A program made the translations under genes and the position numbers. The notes below the pieces were generated by a model. The model had not been told where the DNA came from, made no database searches, and was given only the letters and a program-made list of their open reading frames with translations. Positions 48,827 through 61,609 of a DNA stretch of 64,000 nucleotides are shown piece after piece (within the stretch, counting starts at the first letter, position 1; each line of letters starts with the position of its first letter). Source of the DNA: Guillardia theta CCMP2712 (taxonomy: Eukaryota > Protista > Cryptophyta); contig NW_005434584.1 of NCBI RefSeq assembly GCF_000315625.1, positions 249,550-313,549 on the forward strand, written 5' to 3'.

Positions 48827-49456
48827 TCACCCGCGGAGTGGCACAGTGAACTCGGAGCCCACGGCCCGGCCCGGCTGTGACTTGCTGACGCGGCCCACAC
48901 TGACTCAGTAGTGAGAGAATGTGAAACACACTGTATACATCTATCGCACGCGAGTAAAACTCTGAGTCTCATTGAACCTTCAGACTCCTGAGAGTCTGCA
49001 AGCGCCGCCCGAGTCAAGCAGAAGAAAGCAGGAACTTCGGAACAAGCAATACCGTCATGCACATATCACACAGCACATTGAACAAAAGCAGTCGGAGGAG
49101 ACCGCCACCCCTCCTTGCGGCGGTACCGTACAAAATAACCAGCCACTCCTTATATAAGCATGGGGTCCTTTCTTCTCTTCTCTCTCTCTGTCCTCTCTCT
49201 TTTCTCTCTTACTCTTTCAGACTCAGTGACTCTTACTCTACTTCATAAATACTCTTATCTCAGAAGTCAATTACCTACCTGCTCTTACTTCGCTACTGCA
49301 CACAGGCAGTCCACTGTACCGGCAGCCCACCAGCGGGAAGCCTCGGCGGCGTCGCGTCAGATTTTCTCCATCCTAGCATACACTCACAAACTGGGAATCA
49401 AAAGGAGGAGGCAGCGAAAACCGCTACTCCAACTCAGTACTTCTCCGAGGCACGGC

Positions 49457-50071
49457 TGACGGAATACAAGTTTGTTAGACTTGTACTAGTCCAAAGTCAC
49501 GCAGATATCACATCGACCTTAGTTGTAACAAGACAGTTTTTGCTCAAGACCAAGTTTAATGCACACAAAAACCAGTATTGAGGAGCACATGAGAGATAGA
49601 CTGTATGCTAGGATGTGAAACCCAAGCATCCAGACATGAGAGGACCTTAGCAAGACCGGACGGCTAGGAAAAGCCCCCTCTTCGTCCCACACGCTACATG
49701 CCGCCTTGAAACACGTAAGTCGTCTTGGTATACAGGAGAGTTTTTGTTAACTCGGCGCTATCTGACTGGCACGGCTGACATACGCTCCATCCTCCCCCCG
49801 AGTTTCTGAAATAGTACGTTACATCGGACCTCAGAAAGTCACGCAAACAAGAATGTCAGCAGATCCAAGTCAAGATACGATGATACAACGTCAAGTTCAC
49901 TGTCATGCTGAGTGGGCAATAACCATTCAAGGATTGTCCATTCTGAAGAAGATTTTCATGCAGGGCTATTAGATGTGCCGCAGTGCAGAGATAAGGGAGA
50001 TGACTGGCGAGCTGATGCAATCACGAGAGAAGGAGGATAAGATAAGAGAGTCTGAGGAGAGAACTTCAGAT

Positions 50072-50106
<35 letters not shown>

Positions 50107-50870
50107 TGCCCGCCGGCATTTGAAGACCAAAAGATAAATTTTTGAACCGTGAAGAACTTGTGACCAGAGATTGCTGTCGCGAGATTGGAACATCCGTTTC
50201 AAGGCATTTGAAGATTGTTGTGCAGTTGTACCTTGTTCGCCGATCCAGAAGTAGCTCCAGTTATGCATGCCACAGCCTAGCTCCATGACCGTACATGAAA
50301 ACTTCCGCCAGATCTCCTGGTAGTTCCATTTGATCCTACTCAAAGATCAAGAAAAATAAGAATCGAATAAGCTCCCAAGTGCGTTTCCACACGGTTAAGC
50401 AGATATTCGACCGACCAATCTGGCTGGGGAAAGGCTTGTTTTTCCTATTCGAAGATCAATCAAACAATTTGAGGCTGAGATGAGAGGCCTAAACAACTTG
50501 CGGCTAGAGAGAGCCTGATTGAAGAGAGGAGTCATCCGAATGTGTAAGGCTTGATAAGAATTGCATGAATTTTCAACAGCAACGATGAAAACAATACCAA
50601 GAAAGAAAAAACTCCAGTAAACAATTCAACTAACCAAATATAAGATCAACATGATTGAGCATGTAATCGAGGCTCATAACCGACGGAATACAAGTTTGTT
50701 AGACTTGTACTAGTCCAAAGTCACGCAGATATCACATCGACCTTAGTTGTAACAAGACAGTTTTTGCTCAAGACCAAGTTTAATGCACACAAAAACCAGT
50801 ATTGAGGAGCACATGAGAGATAGACTGTATGCTAGGATGTGAAACCCCAGCATCCAGACATGAGAGGATC
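49457..50870 (-). mobile_element. Small non-autonomous Copia-type LTR element, copy 2 (5' LTR truncated)
   Basis: LTR 49457-49789; PPT GGGGGGAGGA; PBS 50671-50681; partial LTR 50682-50870. Confidence 0.8.
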
Positions 50871-51426
50871 AAGCAACAAGCAGCAACAAGCAGCTTTGTT
50901 TTGCTTGAGGCACTTTTTACCTTCTGCCAGTAAATCCGTATCTTTTTTAGCAGCAGGAGCATGCAGGAGGAATTCCTCCTCGCTAGCCTCCGAGTCAGCG
51001 GTAGCCGAGACCAACACCGCCCGTGACGACGGCGACGCCGCAGCCGCCGTTGAATCATCGGCCCAAGGACCGGCGGGACCCGACCGATGCCGGGGAGGAA
51101 GCAGCCTGCCGAGCTCGGACCAGCAGCAAGGCCTATGGATTTACTGGCAGAAGGTAAAAAGTGCCTCAAGCAAAACAAAGCAGGAACAAGCTAAACCTCC
51201 AGGCACACAGCGCACAGCGAGAAGCTGCACAAACACACACAAAACACAAGCCCGAAAAGCCAGCAGTGCTGGCACCCAGACGCGGCACCGCCAGCCCAAG
51301 CAACAAGCAGCAGGAGCATGCAGGAGGAATAAAATCCCTTAGACGCGATACCCGGAGGCAGCCGACTGACCACTGTGCAAGCACCCCAGTAGTAGGATTT
51401 ACTGGCAGAAGGTAAAAAGTGCCTAA
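50870..51426. repeat. Unclassified repeat with a 45-bp inverted repeat and a partial 258-bp tandem unit
   Basis: IR 50893-50937/51137-51181; unit restarts at 51395; 51297-51376 recurs at 57811-57890. Confidence 0.75.
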
Positions 51427-54400
51427 TGTTGTATACACAACACAGAGATTGTCAACGACACGAGTAAAGTAAGGATGAAGAAGATTGAGAAGCAGGAAAT
51501 AGAAGTCTCTAAGTTTACTAGGAGGTAAACTACGCACAACCACCACACTCACTGTGCATGCAAGTGGGGGAAATTCAGGAGGCCGTCCGCACGAGATGCG
51601 TCCGCCTATATAGGGAATATCCGGCAGAGTATCCGACGAGTATCCGAGGTTCCGGATCCTCATGGATACAACATCGCTCCATCTGCGCTTGACAACTTAG
51701 TTCCAACTTGTCCTTCGCTCTTACCATGAGGAGATGAACGATAGGATTCAAAGTTCCACTTCAGACGAGTCGGAGGAGTCCAAGGCGTTGGAGGGTAAAG
51801 CTTGAAGAGCTTCACGGTGTTCAAATTGACGGATGAGGTCGCGAAGACCTGATTTCTTCTGCAACTCACGAGCAGGGAGCCAATTGTTCTCACTGACTTG
51901 ATCATAGCCTGTCCACTTAACAAGGTACTGAATACCTCGACCGCGACGACGTTTGCTGAGGATGCTCTCGATCTCGTATTCCAAGCCGTCTCTGGTGGCC
52001 AGAGGTTCGGGTGGTCGCTGGGGATCTTGATAGGCAGGGTCGCGCTCTGTATGCGGACGAAGCCACTTGATGTTGATGACGGTGTTTCTGATCGATGCGA
52101 AGCGAGGAGAGACGTCGAGACGAACGGTGTTGTCTGAAACAAATTCCAGGATGCGGAAGGGACCAACGAAGCGAGGGTTGAGCTTCGAGGCGGCGTCGGG
52201 GATGTTGAGGTTGGCGGTAGAGAGCCAAACCAGATCTCCAACTTGATAGCGGCAGGGACGACGGGCCTGCGCAAGGCGAGCTTCGGTGGCGCGCGCTGCA
52301 GCTTCGAGAGCAGCTCGGGCAGCTTCGGCGCTGACTTCGGTTGCTTCACGAATGGAGTCGAGGGTCATGCCGTTCACAAGGCCATATGCAGGCTCTAGCA
52401 AAATTGGTCTTTTTTTTTCTCCTTGGGAAGGGGTTCATATATACACTTCCATTCAGCTACCCCGGTTTTTGCTCTATTACTGGGGGGTAGTGAGACAGGG
52501 ATAAAGTAGGGTGGGGTGATTTGAATTATACTGGCGTGGTACCCTGTCCCCCGCCTTACTTTTTGAAGCACTTCATTTTAATTGTTTAGTCAGCGCTTCA
52601 ATCGTACACATCTATGTACGGATGAAGTGCCTCTGGTACAGTCTGTACTATTCTTTTAAAGTGGTTTCGACAGGCGTCTCGAATAAGCCTCCACCCTAGT
52701 GACTTCCTTTGTCTGGAGGGGTAGAGGACCGAAAGATTCTCTCATACCCGTGCATTTCACTGTATCACGGTACGTGGGGGTGCTAATGGAAAAGAAGGCA
52801 TTTCGATTGCCGTTTGAGCTCACCACGCCAATACCCCCGGTTCCCCTTCATCACCTTTACGAAAGGCGGGGTGGGTAGCTAGCAAAGAATACAAAACTAC
52901 CCTTTGATTCAAGAGTTTGAAATTGGGAAATAGGGGGTAGGGTGCTATCTCCACTCTCCTCTCCCCAAATCCCCCCTCCCTGGGCAAGCAAGAGATGGCT
53001 GCTTGATCCTTCACCCGCATGCAACGACAAGTCATCATGGTGAGAGGCTTCGAATCTATTGCTGCTTGAATGTGGATGAGAATTTAATCGTCTAATGTAT
53101 CCATGTAGATAGACTAAGACCTTTTCTTAGTCTCTGACTTTGAAAGAAAGTTTTGAATTCCGCTTCTCTTACATGACTGCATGACAGAGAAAGCTGTCTA
53201 GGAATGAAGATGTCTTTAGAATACATTGAAAAAGATGAATACACCTTTTCTGCTCTCTTATTCGTTGTTTCAAGCATGAGAGCCGTATGTATGAGGATTC
53301 AGAGAGGAAGTATGGTTTACAATGCTGCACCATCAGTTTGCAAATGAGGTGCTTTCATGCACTCCAATCTTGCAAATATGCTAGAAAAATTCAAGTAATT
53401 GCAGTTCAGATCCTCAAAAGCAACATCTTCACATTATTTCTGCTTGAGCATGCATTCAAGATGCTCAAGGATCAACATGCTCCACGTAGCTGTGGCGACA
53501 TGGAAAGTCTGTTTCAACCACAGGATGAGAATCCTACAGCAATCAATGTGGCTTACTAGAGCTACAAGCATACATTGTGCATAATTAGGTTTATTTGCAA
53601 CTTTTTGATGTATCTCTGCTATGCAGGCACAACGAAGAAACCAATGTGAGGCTTATTGTGCTGACCATTGAACATGTATTTGATGCTACTTGCGGTTGTC
53701 ATTGTAATGAGATTATTGCAAAGAATGATACCTCATGAATGTATAAAGATTTCTGCAATCAGATCACTACCACTTTTGATGTCGATCCCAAGCTTACAGT
53801 GAGTCGGAATGGTCTACAGGGGAAGCGATGTTTTCATCATCATTCAACCCCTGCATGCATTCTGCATTTATGTGAAATGAAAGAAGATACAGAAATGCTC
53901 TTTAGCATGGCCTCGAATGCAAGACTGAGATCACTTTATTTCACAATAGAACAAATAATACATGTGTGCATACTGTGTTGACGGTTCAAATGTCCGACAT
54001 CACAGCTAGATGAACGCTCAAAACTAATCCCACGCATCAAGAAATCAACACACTCTGCAAATCTGAGAAGTGGAGACTCTCGACGGTGTTCAAGGCTTAA
54101 GACGTCTTGATTGCCTCTGGCGGCATCAGTGTTTACATGCAATCAAACATCCTAACTGCAGTAGGCGAAATGCATGCAGAAATCTTGTGAAACAATCTAT
54201 GCAATGCTTGATGTCTAATATAACAAGTGAGCTTGACTAATTACGTGGATCTGCAAAATGATGCAATCTCCATCAAACAAATCTTCAAGGCATCGCATGT
54301 GGAAAATATGCAATTCAAAAATCATTCATCACAGGGAAGTATCTTATGATTATTCTGCCATAAGGTTGGTGTCAAGTCAAAATGACAAGCGATCTCCTAC

Positions 54401-57400
54401 ACTGGATTCAAACCTCATGTTTTCATCATCTTGTTCTTCATAATAACCTTTTGAACCATGGATCTCACAACGCCATTGCTGCACACTGTGTTGTCACCGA
54501 ACGCATCACCACGAACCTAGCGGTCTCAGGTCTCAAACTGTGCTGACTAGAGAGCTTCAAACCTAACAAAGCCTTGCATGCTGAGATCTGATGCTGGCTA
54601 CAGCAGCGGATGGTCTTACAGCGGCATCGTTGGAGGAGCAGCTTTGGTGCTACGTGCCGGCGTGTAGGGGAGACATGAGTCGGGCGTGTACGATGTTGAA
54701 AACATTTCAACCCTCTGAAATGAAAGTTAAAATACATGTAAAGGCCTAGCAGAAATGATAACTAAACTGCACTGGTACTCTTTGGAGGTATCTCTTGCTG
54801 CCGTTGAAAACTTGTTTGAATTCACACGCCACCCCAAAAAAAACTTTCTCGAAAAGAAGAGTGGAAATTAACGAAAGGGCTAAAAGTGAACGGCATGCTC
54901 GTCCTGATGATCGTCAGGTGAGGGCAGAGAGAGTTGTGTCCTGATAGGTTTGCCGAACATGACTTCAAAAGGGCTGGCACCGATGGGACGGCGAACAGCT
55001 GAGTTTAGGTGAGTCTCCAGGATGGGGAGGTACCTATCCCAATCGGCTCGAGGATACTGCGTGGTGTAGATACGCAGAGCTTCGAGGACGACGGAGTTCA
55101 TACGCTCGGGTCGACCGTTGCTTTGAGGCATAAAAGGCGACGAATGCTTCACGTGAACGTTGATGGCAGCGTTGTCGCTGATAAGGACTTGAGGAAGGCC
55201 TTGGGATCGAAACACGGTTTCGATGAATTTTTGAGCAGCTTGTTCAGAAGTAATCGATTTACGGCAAGGGGTGAGATAAACTCGCCCTGTGAACTCGTCA
55301 ATGAAGAGAAGAATTGCATCGTTCTTATCTCGAGTTCGTGGGAGTCCGGTCAGCAAGTCGAGACTGACGACTTCGAAGCGTGTCGAGGGAATGTCGATAA
55401 GATTTCCCTTGAAGACAATGCTGGCATGACAGGATGTAAAGCTCGATATCTTTCCGAAGCTGGGGCCAATAAACGGTTGTTGCTAGCTGAAGGTAGGTTC
55501 TTGAAAACCCGAGGTGGGACTGAAGGTCGTGGGCGCGGAAGAGAACTTCTCGACGCAATGCTTGCGGAATCGGAATGCACAGGCGGATGCGGCGCAACGA
55601 ATCTGTATAAAACAGAAGCTCATCATCCAGATGAAAAGAAGTTACGGAAGACTTGGCGCGGAGACGTTGGAGAAGAGGACGACAAAAGTCGCACGTCTCG
55701 TAGGCGGCTTGAATCTGGTCCGACAAAGGCTGCAAGGCGCTGACGGTGAAGGCGAGCAAGAAGCCGTCCTCTTGACGAGAGAGTTGCTCGTGATGAGGAG
55801 CGACTGCAGTCGAGAGGGGAACTTCATCTTGACGGCTGAGAGCGTCGGGGACGACGTTCTGAGAACCTTTGACGTAACAGTACTCGGTGATTGCAAACTC
55901 GCTGAGCGTTTGAAGCCAACGAATCAATCTGCTGTTGATGTCTTTCTGTGTCTGGAAATACGTAAGAGCTTGATGATCAGTAAAGACCTTGAATGGAGTC
56001 CCTATCAAGTAGAACTTGAAGAAAAGGATGGTATCCTTGATTGCGAGTAACTCTCGTTCGGTCGCGTGATATCGTTGTTCGGTCGGAGTCAACTTACGAC
56101 TGTAGAATCCGATGACGCGGGCGGGGGCGTTGGGAGGCTGCTGTAGAAGTACGCCTCCTATCCCGACATTGGACGCGTCGCAGTGCACTTCGGTCGGAAT
56201 GGACGGGTCGAAGTGATGCCGGAGGGGCTGAGACGTCAGAGCTTGCTTGAGGTTGTCGAACGCGCTTTGACATGCTGCAGTCCACTGAAACTGAGCGCCC
56301 TTGCGGAGAAGGTCAGTCAGAGGGGCTGCTATTGTCGAGAAGTTGCGGATGAACTTTCGATAATAGGAAGCTAGTCCAAGAAACATCTTGACTTGTTTAG
56401 TAGTCGTCGGTAGCGGCCACGCGGAGATAGCCGCCGTCTTGGAGTGTTGGGTCGTCACGCCGTCAGCGGAGACACGGTGACCTAAGAAGTCAACACTAGT
56501 GCGAAAGAATTGAGCTTTCTCTCTCTTAAGGAAGACCTGATGCTCGCGACAGCGTTGAAGCACGGCGCGAACGTGATCTGTATGAGCTTCCCAGGTGGAG
56601 TACGTAGCGATGACGATGTCGTCGATGTATGCAAACGTGTGGGGTAGATCATGGAGGACCTGCTGGATGAATCCTTGGAATATGCTGCTGGCAGTGATGA
56701 ATCCAAATGGTAGGCGCTTGTATTGGTAGTGACCAATCGGTGTAATGAACGCGAGATATCGGCGATCAGGAACACGTACGAGTACCTGCCAAAAACTCTT
56801 GATACAATCAAGCGTAGTGATGCATAGCTGCTCATCGGTTTTGCGACGGGCTTTGCCTTGACGGACTGTGTCGGCGATCTTTTCCAACATCTCATCGACG
56901 GTAGGAGTTGCGGCGGTCTGCTGATTCAAGACGACTTGGTTCAAGCGGCGAAGGTCGCAGCAAAAGCGGTAGCTTTTGGGATCAGTTGGGGAGCGTGGAT
57001 CATTGGGGCGTCGACTGAAAAGCACAGGAAAGGCAAACTCACTATTGGATGGCTCGATGATGTCGTGTTCGAGCATGTACGCGATGGTAGCCTGGAGTTC
57101 TCCTTCAAGATGAAGGGGGATGCGATATGGCCTGCAGTTAATGGGCAAGGTCCCTGGCTTGAGCTGAATGTGAGCGTCAAACTGATCGTCGACGAGGACG
57201 TCGGCGAATTCCTCAGAGAGGGCTTGAGCAAGGTGAGCAGGGGCGCCCACTGGCGGGTCGGCGGAAGAGGCCGAGGCGGAAGCTGTCGTTGGGACATGCA
57301 GGTGCAACAAGAACCATTCCTCGTTAGGATTGGCGACACGCAGAGCCTCCGTGAGCATCGGTGAGCGAGACGGTTGTCACGGCTAAGACCGAGTCCTTGT

Positions 57401-57800
57401 AGGGCACTTGATGCTGAACTGGCAAGCTAATCGGAGGGGCTCGTCGAGCTTTGGGGGAATCGACGAACACTTCTCGGGTCCGCGGAACGTAGACAGCGTT
57501 GTGACGATGTATCCACTGGAGGGACAAGATCAGGGGTTGAGAACAACGTGGCAAGATATGAAACGTATCTTTGCTTGAAAAGCGGCCGATGCGATAGGCG
57601 AGCGAGATGGCGCCGAGGGTTTGCACTTGGCGGTCGTCCGCAACTTGCACGGTGAACTGCGTATCACGCTGTAGCAGAGTCTCGGAGAGTCCCAGCTGCT
57701 GAAAAAGCTGCTGAGACATGATATTGATCGTCGCGCCGTGATCGAGCAGGGCAACGGTCTGGTGAGCAAGCGCGAAGCCGCGCAGACAAGCAGCCTAAGG
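51427..57800 (-). mobile_element. Chromovirus (Ty3/Gypsy), 5'-truncated: PR-RT-RH-IN-chromodomain and 3' LTR
   Basis: LTR 51427-51673 (TGTTGTAT...ATACAACA); 677-aa ORF with LPFG, YIDDIVI, HCDAS and VPDALSR; integrase 54898-55356; chromodomain about 51800-51980. Confidence 0.92.
52366..54897. mobile_element. 2.5-kb TIR element inserted in the Gypsy integrase without a TSD
   Basis: Perfect 12-bp TIR CATGCCGTTCAC/GTGAACGGCATG; removing it restores DHQDE-TLDSI; AT-rich interior with no recognisable ORF. Confidence 0.8.
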
Positions 57801-58809
57801 GTCAGGCAATCAAGCAACAAGCAGCAGGAGCATGCAGGAGGAATAAAATCCCTCAGACGCGATACCTGGAGGCAGCCGACTGACCACTGTCAGTCGAGAC
57901 GTCCGCTGCCGCCACAAAGCGGGCGGCCGCGGACGGAGCAAGGGCAGCCGCCGACAAGGAGCCGGCTAGTCGGCGTCGACGAATCTCCTGCTGCCATCCA
58001 CGAGTCCTAGGTTCTTGCTGTCTTCTTCATGATTCTCCTACGTCGTCCTTATTGTAGCTGTTGCTGTCCTCTCCAGGGATGCATTCCGGGCTAAGCATCT
58101 GTGCACTTGAGCCACGCCGGAGTCGATTGCTTGGCATTGTCTGAGGTGAAGCTTGCTCCTATCAGGTGCTTCAGTCATCAGTTAGCCGGGCGGTCACCAC
58201 GGTGCCCGGCCCCCGGAGCCGCCGCCCCGGCGGGACGGTGAACCGTTCGGAACTTCGGAACTCGGGCCCGGGGCCGGCGGCCGCGCGGCGGCTGAGGCTG
58301 GTAACTTATTGGGGTGTGGTAACTAAGGAGGTTGGTGGCGAAGAGACGTGATGCTTGTAAAGCTCTACAACGGGGTGTCGCAGGAGGCGCTGAAGGGGCT
58401 GAGAGAGATGAACCTCTCCTCCTCCTCCTCCTTCTCCATTGGCTCCGATCCCAACGCCTCCAACTGGTCTCAGCTCCCTACTCAGAGCTACACCCCTGGC
58501 ATGTAAGTCATCAGTTGCAACGTAGTGGAGGTGATGAGCGAATAGAACATGTCAAGCAGTAAAACTTGATGAGCTTGTTTAGCTTGCTTTAGCTCCTGCT
58601 CCCTCACACCGAATTCACGGTGATCTGCATCAACCCCCGCAAGCGTCGAAAGTTCTTTACGGGTTCACCATACTTTAGTGCATTCAACAGCATGAAGGGT
58701 ATGGAGTGACAGCGCGGTTGGATCGGTTTCAGTTCTTTTTTCTATCGTAACATATCAAGCCTAACGCTCTCAAGCCTCTTTGCCGGGGTTCCATCTCTCC
58801 TTGATATGC

Positions 58810-61505
58810 CTACTTCTTCAGGGCTTGACGCATGTCTGCTCTCCTCTTGTTGTCACTTGACCTCCACCGCTCTCAACCGTCCGTTCAGCATCTCCTCCTC
58901 CTGCACACAACGCAACAAGTCACAGACTTCCATCGTCCTCCTCCTCACTCACCCGAGCCGCTTCATCCTGCCACTGCTGAGCTTCCTCCAGCTCCTTCTC
59001 TACCTCCTCATCCGCCAATGGCTTGTCAGGTTTGGCGCGGCTAGAAGCTTCAGTAGAGGTCTTTTTCCCCTTGACCTGCTCAGAAGAGGGAGGGAGCAGG
59101 GACTTGAGCGAGCCAACAGCACGCGACAGGTCCGAGTGTTCCAGCCGATCCATGCTCGTCCATCCCTCCCTGGGCAGCTCCTGCCCAGCAGACACCAGCC
59201 CAGGCTCCAAGCTCCTCCTACCTCGCGTGTCGTAGCCCCACACATCCTCATGCTTGTACGGCATCCACCCGCTGTCCACGTTCACCCCTGGCAACCGGCC
59301 GGGCCCTCCCTCACGGTGCTCGACGGGTCTATTCAAGGAGACGTAGCTGGGGGTCGAGGCCTCTGACTTGTCCGCCACTTGATCTGATGGAGCCTCCTCC
59401 CCCGCCGCTGCCTCCTCCCCCGCCGCTGCCTCCTCCTCACGCGTCTCATTCTCCTGCAGTTCGGCTTCTTCTCGATCCTCAAGACTCTGACGCAAAGTTC
59501 GCGGGCTTAGCGGGGCTGGCACCTGCATCAGCAACTCGTTCTCATCCTCTTCCTCGTCCCCAGCAGGAGCGCGAGCTGGAGGTCTGTTGCCGTACATGAA
59601 CGGCGTCATGGGCGCTACTGTGCCCATCCCACTGGCCTGCACTTGCTCGGCAGGCACTTGCACGTCAGCAAACGAGTCCGGGGAGTAGCACTGGGAGAAC
59701 TCGCTTCCGCAGTTGACGCGCTCCATGGGGTCCAAGTTCTTCAAGTTGCTCGCGCTCATCGACTTGGGCGGCAGGATGAGCGACAACTTGGTAGCGCGCA
59801 CTGCTTGTCCGATGCCGTACTGTCTTGTCAACAAGTTGTTGTTTCCCACCTTCACTTGCCTGTCGTGCATTGAACAGGGAAAAGTAGTGGAGCTCCCACA
59901 CGGGTTGAAGTCACGGAATGAGAGATCCTTCATGAAGTTCCGGGAGACGCTCTACAGTCATTCATCAGCCGACTAGCGATGACAAGTGTGAAAACACATC
60001 AGGAGCGAATTTCAGAAAGGAGAAACGGGGGCACAAGGCGGGTAGCACTCGTTGAAAACAGCGACATGCATCTTCACCTGACTTGGATGGCGCACGGGAA
60101 CATCCCAATCCAGCCTTGAAAGAAGAAAACAAAAGTCACCATGGCGTCGAGGATAAGCTTGAAACTTACGCAATAGAAGGATGAGTATGATGTGGGACGA
60201 GGTATCCCAGTGTTGAGAAGCAGTCCAAGAATGTCGAGCACTGCTTGCCCACTTGCTCCAGGTTTTGTATCCTTGCCTTGCGCACCTGTGCTGTACCACG
60301 CTGAAGCTTCTCAGCAGAAGCGGCGGGCTTTGACGATAGAGAGGAACCGAAGGCCTCAGCGGCAGCGGCAAGGTCTTGGTCCTTCATGTCTTGCAGCAGG
60401 TTCACGCCATAGTTCATGTCACCGGCTGCCTTCACCGCTCGCCTTTTGTCCTCAAACCCCAGCAACTTGCTCATCGAGGGCCCAAGGTGAAGCCCCGAGG
60501 CGGAGTCGCAGTGCAACTTGCCGTGAGCATCAGGCCAGCAGCCCCCGAACGAGCGCGTGCCCTCTCGTCCCTTGACGGGCCCGTACAAGTCCGGGATGAG
60601 TGTCCAGCTGTTCTCGTTCACTCCAGGCAGCTGCCGCTCACGCTTGTAGTTGAAGCTGCCGGGAGCGAAAGGCCACGAGTCTTCTTTGACCCCCGGGATG
60701 TGCCTGCCGTCTCGCCTGCCGACCGCTAGCGCCCTTCGCACTCCTCCTCCCCACGAGTCCTTCTTGATCCCCTTCAGCCGCGACTTCTTCGAGCCCCTCC
60801 TCGACAAGACCTCCTTGGTTGGCTTCAGCTGGACCTTGTCTGCATTGCTCGTCCTGCTGGCTGCTTGTTCGCTTGCTCCCGTCGGGAAGGTCGAGGCCTC
60901 GCCCGACAGGACGCTCTTGTCCGGCAGAGCCATCGTGAGAGGGTTCAAGGAAAACTTCTTGGAGTCCCTTACGTCGGCCTTGTCTTGGGATGTCCAGCCC
61001 TCCGTTGGAACCTCATCCCTGCTGTCGCGCCTTCTCTGCGAGGCTTGGAGGACTTGCGTCGCAACTATCGCCTTCACCTACCGCATCCTCAGCATCTCCT
61101 TGTACCCACCACTCCCTCTCTACCAGTTTGGGGGCACCAGCCAGGATGTCGTCAGAACCCTCGCGCTGCACAGACACGATCATGCTAATTGAAGGATAGC
61201 AGAACAAGCGTGAGAAGCAGGGGCGTGGTGAGCTGGGGACAGACAGAAGGGGCAGAGAGAGAAGGCTGGGGTGAATGTAGTAGAAGGACAAGCACGAAAA
61301 CACTCGATGAGAAATCGACCTGCTCGAGCTCGGGAACTTCCGCTGTCCTCTCGCTCAAGTTGAACCCGACTAGAGTACTGACGGCCAACCCTGCGAGGAG
61401 GAAGGAGAGGAGAGGAGAGATTGACCTGGTTCTTCTCAGAAGAGGCTCTTGTACTCTGCTTGCTACTCCCCTCCTGCTCTCCTTCGAGGCGAAGCGTCCG
61501 CTCAT
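58810..61505 (-). CDS. Hypothetical type II membrane/secreted protein with short internal repeats and a Cys-rich segment (multi-exon)
   Basis: N-terminal TM LLSFLLAGLAVSTLVGF; ORFs 60166-61077 and 58920-59933; repeated (L/I)PGVxx(D/N)S(G)W and PxEGWTSxD motifs. Confidence 0.6.
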
Positions 61506-61609
61506 CCCTTCCCTCCCCTCCCCTCCCTCGCCTCCCATTTGTTCGCGGCTCTTCGCTTCCTTGAGAACGAGGGAGATGAGTGCGACTTAAAACCTTCACT
61601 GAGTATAAT

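Noticed and set aside
44019-50870. Recurrent TGACGGAATAC blocks as a 1.1-kb satellite or Penelope tandem
   Set aside because: PBS, PPT and TG...CA ends explain them as LTR pairs.
53287-54740. Transposase inside the TIR element
   Set aside because: Only short stop-riddled ORFs; no DDE or tyrosine-recombinase motif that I could recognise.
51297-57890. 80-bp direct repeats as the LTRs of the second chromovirus
   Set aside because: The real LTR is 51427-51673 with TG...CA ends and a PPT; the 80-bp repeats belong to the interrupted target repeat.
58610-58742. Possible structured ncRNA (hairpins followed by a T-run) or small plus-strand gene
   Set aside because: No tRNA, snRNA, SECIS or riboswitch consensus recognised, and I could not build a phase-consistent splice model.
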